In this document: positions 61,819 to 64,000 of the stretch, piece after piece | Position numbering within the stretch: the stretch's first letter is position 1 | Layout: every line of letters starts with the position of its first letter | Assembly (NCBI GenBank): GCA_030295235.1 | Contig: AP026141.1 | Span: 558,001-622,000, forward strand | Direction: 5' to 3' | Length of the DNA: 64,000 nucleotides | Source: Fistulifera solaris | Taxonomy: Eukaryota | Translations under genes and position numbers: made by a program | Notes under the pieces: generated by a model | Databases searched by the model: none | What the model was told of the DNA's origin: nothing | The model's input: only the letters and a program-made list of their open reading frames with translations

Positions 61819-62209
61819 TTAGCGATCGCAGCCTCCATCGTCGTCGTCACCGTTGCATATAAAGGGTAGAATTTCACACCACGTCCAAGAAAAACCATTT
61901 GATTCTTCGTTGGATCGACGTCGTCGTCGCAAGGCACGAGCGCCACAGGGAGGTTCCTCGTCCTTGCAAGCTCGGGTAAACGGAAAGATTTCGCACCAGC
62001 TCCAGCTGAACGTATCCTCTTCGGCAAAAACGCTGTGTGCTGCGACTGCGAAAGGAGATTCGACATTGAAAGGTGCAGGGATAAGGGCTAAATGACGTTC
62101 GAAGTGGAGAATCAAGACAGTAATTCGACGTTTCTTTCAAACATGTGTTTCACTTACACGCTACAACAAAAAGAACTAGTAGCGGGAGATTCTGGATTCG
62201 AACAATCAT
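61819..62209 (-). CDS. Small secreted Trp/Cys-rich peptide precursor B (92 aa, two cores); intron 62046-62157
   Basis: Same intron position and phase as A; product MIVRIQNLPLLVLFVVAFAAHSVFA-EEDTFSWSWCEIFPFTRACKDEEPPCGA-RALRRRRR-SNEESNGFSWTWCEILPFICNGDDDDGGCDR. Confidence 0.78.
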
Positions 62210-62591
62210 AGCTCTGTCAAGGTGTTATGATGCTGATGATTGAAAACGTTTGTCGAGAGAGATTTTTGTCCGGATCGCACAGAGCGTCGAAAAATGAAGG
62301 GCCAGCGAAAACGCTGATGACGAAACAGGCGGAATAGCCTACATAAAGAAGAATAGTGCCATTTAGAAGCGAATACCAATGACTGCATCACTTATGTCCT
62401 ATGACCCGAAAGTGGGAAGAATGAGGCCCTATGCATTTTCTGAATATAATAATTGGCTGACGACGACTCAACACTCAACTCGTTTGCAGTCCCGACTCCC
62501 GACCGTGTCGACAGTGTCGACAGCATGCAATAAATGAAAGAGAGCATGATGAAACGAAAGTAACAAGAAATTCCAATAGCGAACAGTTGCA

Positions 62592-63125
62592 ATTCCGGTA
62601 ATTCTGGAAAATCGGTGATTGCCGTCAAACAGAATTTCTATAACTTTCCAGAAATTCTGGAATTGGTGTTTGCGATCGTAGCAAAACTTTTCGGTCGTTC
62701 CAGAAAATTTAATATCGATGTTTGCGATCATACAGAAATATTGCGGCCGTTCCAGGAATTCTGGAATCGGTTTGTGCGATCATACAGAAATTCTCTGGCA
62801 TTTCCAGAAATTCTGGAAAATCGGTGATTGCCGTCAAACAGAATTTCTGTACCACTCCAGAAATTCTGGAATTGGTGTTTGCGATCATAGCAAAACTTTT
62901 CGGTCGTCCAGAAAATTTAATATCGATGATTGCGATCATACAGAAATATTGCGGCCGTTCCAGGAATTCTGGAATCGGTTTGTGCGATCATACAGAAATT
63001 CTCTGGCATTTCCAGAAATTCTGGAAAATCGGTGATTGCCGTCAAACAGAATTTCTGTACCACTCCAGAAATTCTGGAATTGGTGTTTGCGATCATAGCA
63101 AAACGTTTACGTCGATCCAGAAAAT
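62592..63125. repeat. Tandem repeat: about 2.5 copies of a 208-209-bp unit built from four ~52-bp monomers
   Basis: TCGGTGATTGCCGTCAAACAGAATTTC starts at 62612, 62821 and 63029; TTCC(A/G)G anchors at 62593, 62646, 62698, 62750 and 62802. Confidence 0.92.
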
Positions 63126-63185
63126 AACATGCTACCGCGTTACGGTGAATAACGTCGCAGTAATCTATTGTGTTAACTTTGACTA

Positions 63186-64000
63186 TCACTTTCTGTCAGC
63201 TTTGCGAGCCGACGCATGGCTGGCTTCGAGCAGTCGAAAAGCAATTGATGCGACCAAAATGATCGCACTTCCAAGCCAGCTAATATACCACTCAAAGACA
63301 CTCAAGAAAAGAATGCTGGCTACCCACAGCACAATCTGTAACGGCGTACCCATTTTTAAAAAAGTCGGTGTACTTGTAACCTCCCGGTCCGTAAATCAGC
63401 AAGTTTGTCGTATAACCATAAGGTGTCATGAAACTTGCGGAAGCACCAGCATGAGAGCGTAACTCATCAGAGATCGATCAATACCCGCACTTTCCGCAGC
63501 ATTCATGGCAACAGGGAAGAGCAAAGCAGCAGCGGCGTTGTTTGTCAAGACACTGCTGATCAAAAACGTCGCAAAATAAACTGCACCTAACAAACCTGCA
63601 TCGCCGATTCCCATCGCAGTGCCAACGTCGACAAGGAAATTTGCAATAATGTCTGCGACACCTGAGTTCATGAGAGCTGTACCGATACCGAACGCCGACG
63701 CAATGATCACGTAAATATCCCAGTTGACTGAGTCTCTGGCCTCCTGCTCCGACATAATTCCGATTGCCACCATGCAAAAAGAAGCAACAAGACCACAAAC
63801 AACCAACTCTGCTACACCGGCGGAGAATACAGCCAACATCGTCACGGTGATAATGAGGGCTGGAATAAGCAACGATAGACGAGGAGGGGCCGAATCTTCA
63901 ACCTCTGCGAGCAGTGCAAACGACCGGTCATGTTCAGCGGTTTTCGTTATAAAAGACGGACCGGCTTCGAGCAACAAAACATCACCGGCTTGCAATTTAA
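63186..64000 (-). CDS. SLC13/SLT-type sodium:sulfate or carboxylate symporter, 3' part; frameshifts near 63447 and 63357
   Basis: [19 protein letters not shown], then (G)[28 protein letters not shown] in the shifted frame; runs off the window end. Confidence 0.85.

Noticed and set aside
60999..62115. ORF-track starts for the two peptide genes (61274 and 62115)
   Set aside because: Both start inside the introns; the spliced models give proper signal peptides with a shared intron position.
62592..63125. Possible CRISPR array (regular palindromic repeats)
   Set aside because: The intervening sequences themselves repeat every 208 bp, so there are no unique spacers; the context is eukaryotic and no cas genes are present.
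62468..63462. ORFs across the tandem repeat (e.g. 62722..63462)
   Set aside because: They are by-products of the repeat and of the antisense strand of the transporter; the 208-209-bp period does not preserve frame.

Overview
Gene-dense eukaryotic nuclear DNA, most likely from a pennate diatom. This rests on short GT-AG introns, several bipartite ER/plastid presequences with an 'A|F' cleavage motif, and diatom-type gene families. About 38 protein-coding genes can be supported. Recognisable ones include HBS1, KAE1/OSGEP, RPB8, FEN1, a UBE2Q-type E2, two V-ATPase proteolipids, thymidine phosphorylase, a globin, a Nudix hydrolase, Ni/Co, YnfA and chromate transporters, an MBOAT, J-proteins, LITAF proteins, a parvulin, a JmjC oxygenase and an SLC13-type transporter. 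Around 18 single-base frameshifts, nearly all in homopolymer runs and some in essential genes, point to an unpolished long-read assembly rather than pseudogenes. Eight local paralog groups occur. The most interesting observations are: (1) two intron-split genes, mis-started by the ORF track, encoding small secreted precursors that together hold three copies of an F-x-W-[ST]-W-C-E-x-x-P-F...C...C core bounded by RXL/polybasic sites, next to a membrane-anchored JmjC oxygenase; (2) a POM121-like TM+NLS+FxFG nucleoporin beside a CHMP7-like gene; (3) an intact FAR1-like MULE-derived gene with a decayed catalytic core; (4) V-ATPase c subunits with long loop insertions; (5) a 52-bp x4 higher-order palindromic repeat. 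No tRNA, rRNA or CRISPR array was recognised. All family calls come from motif recognition by eye; no database searches were run.
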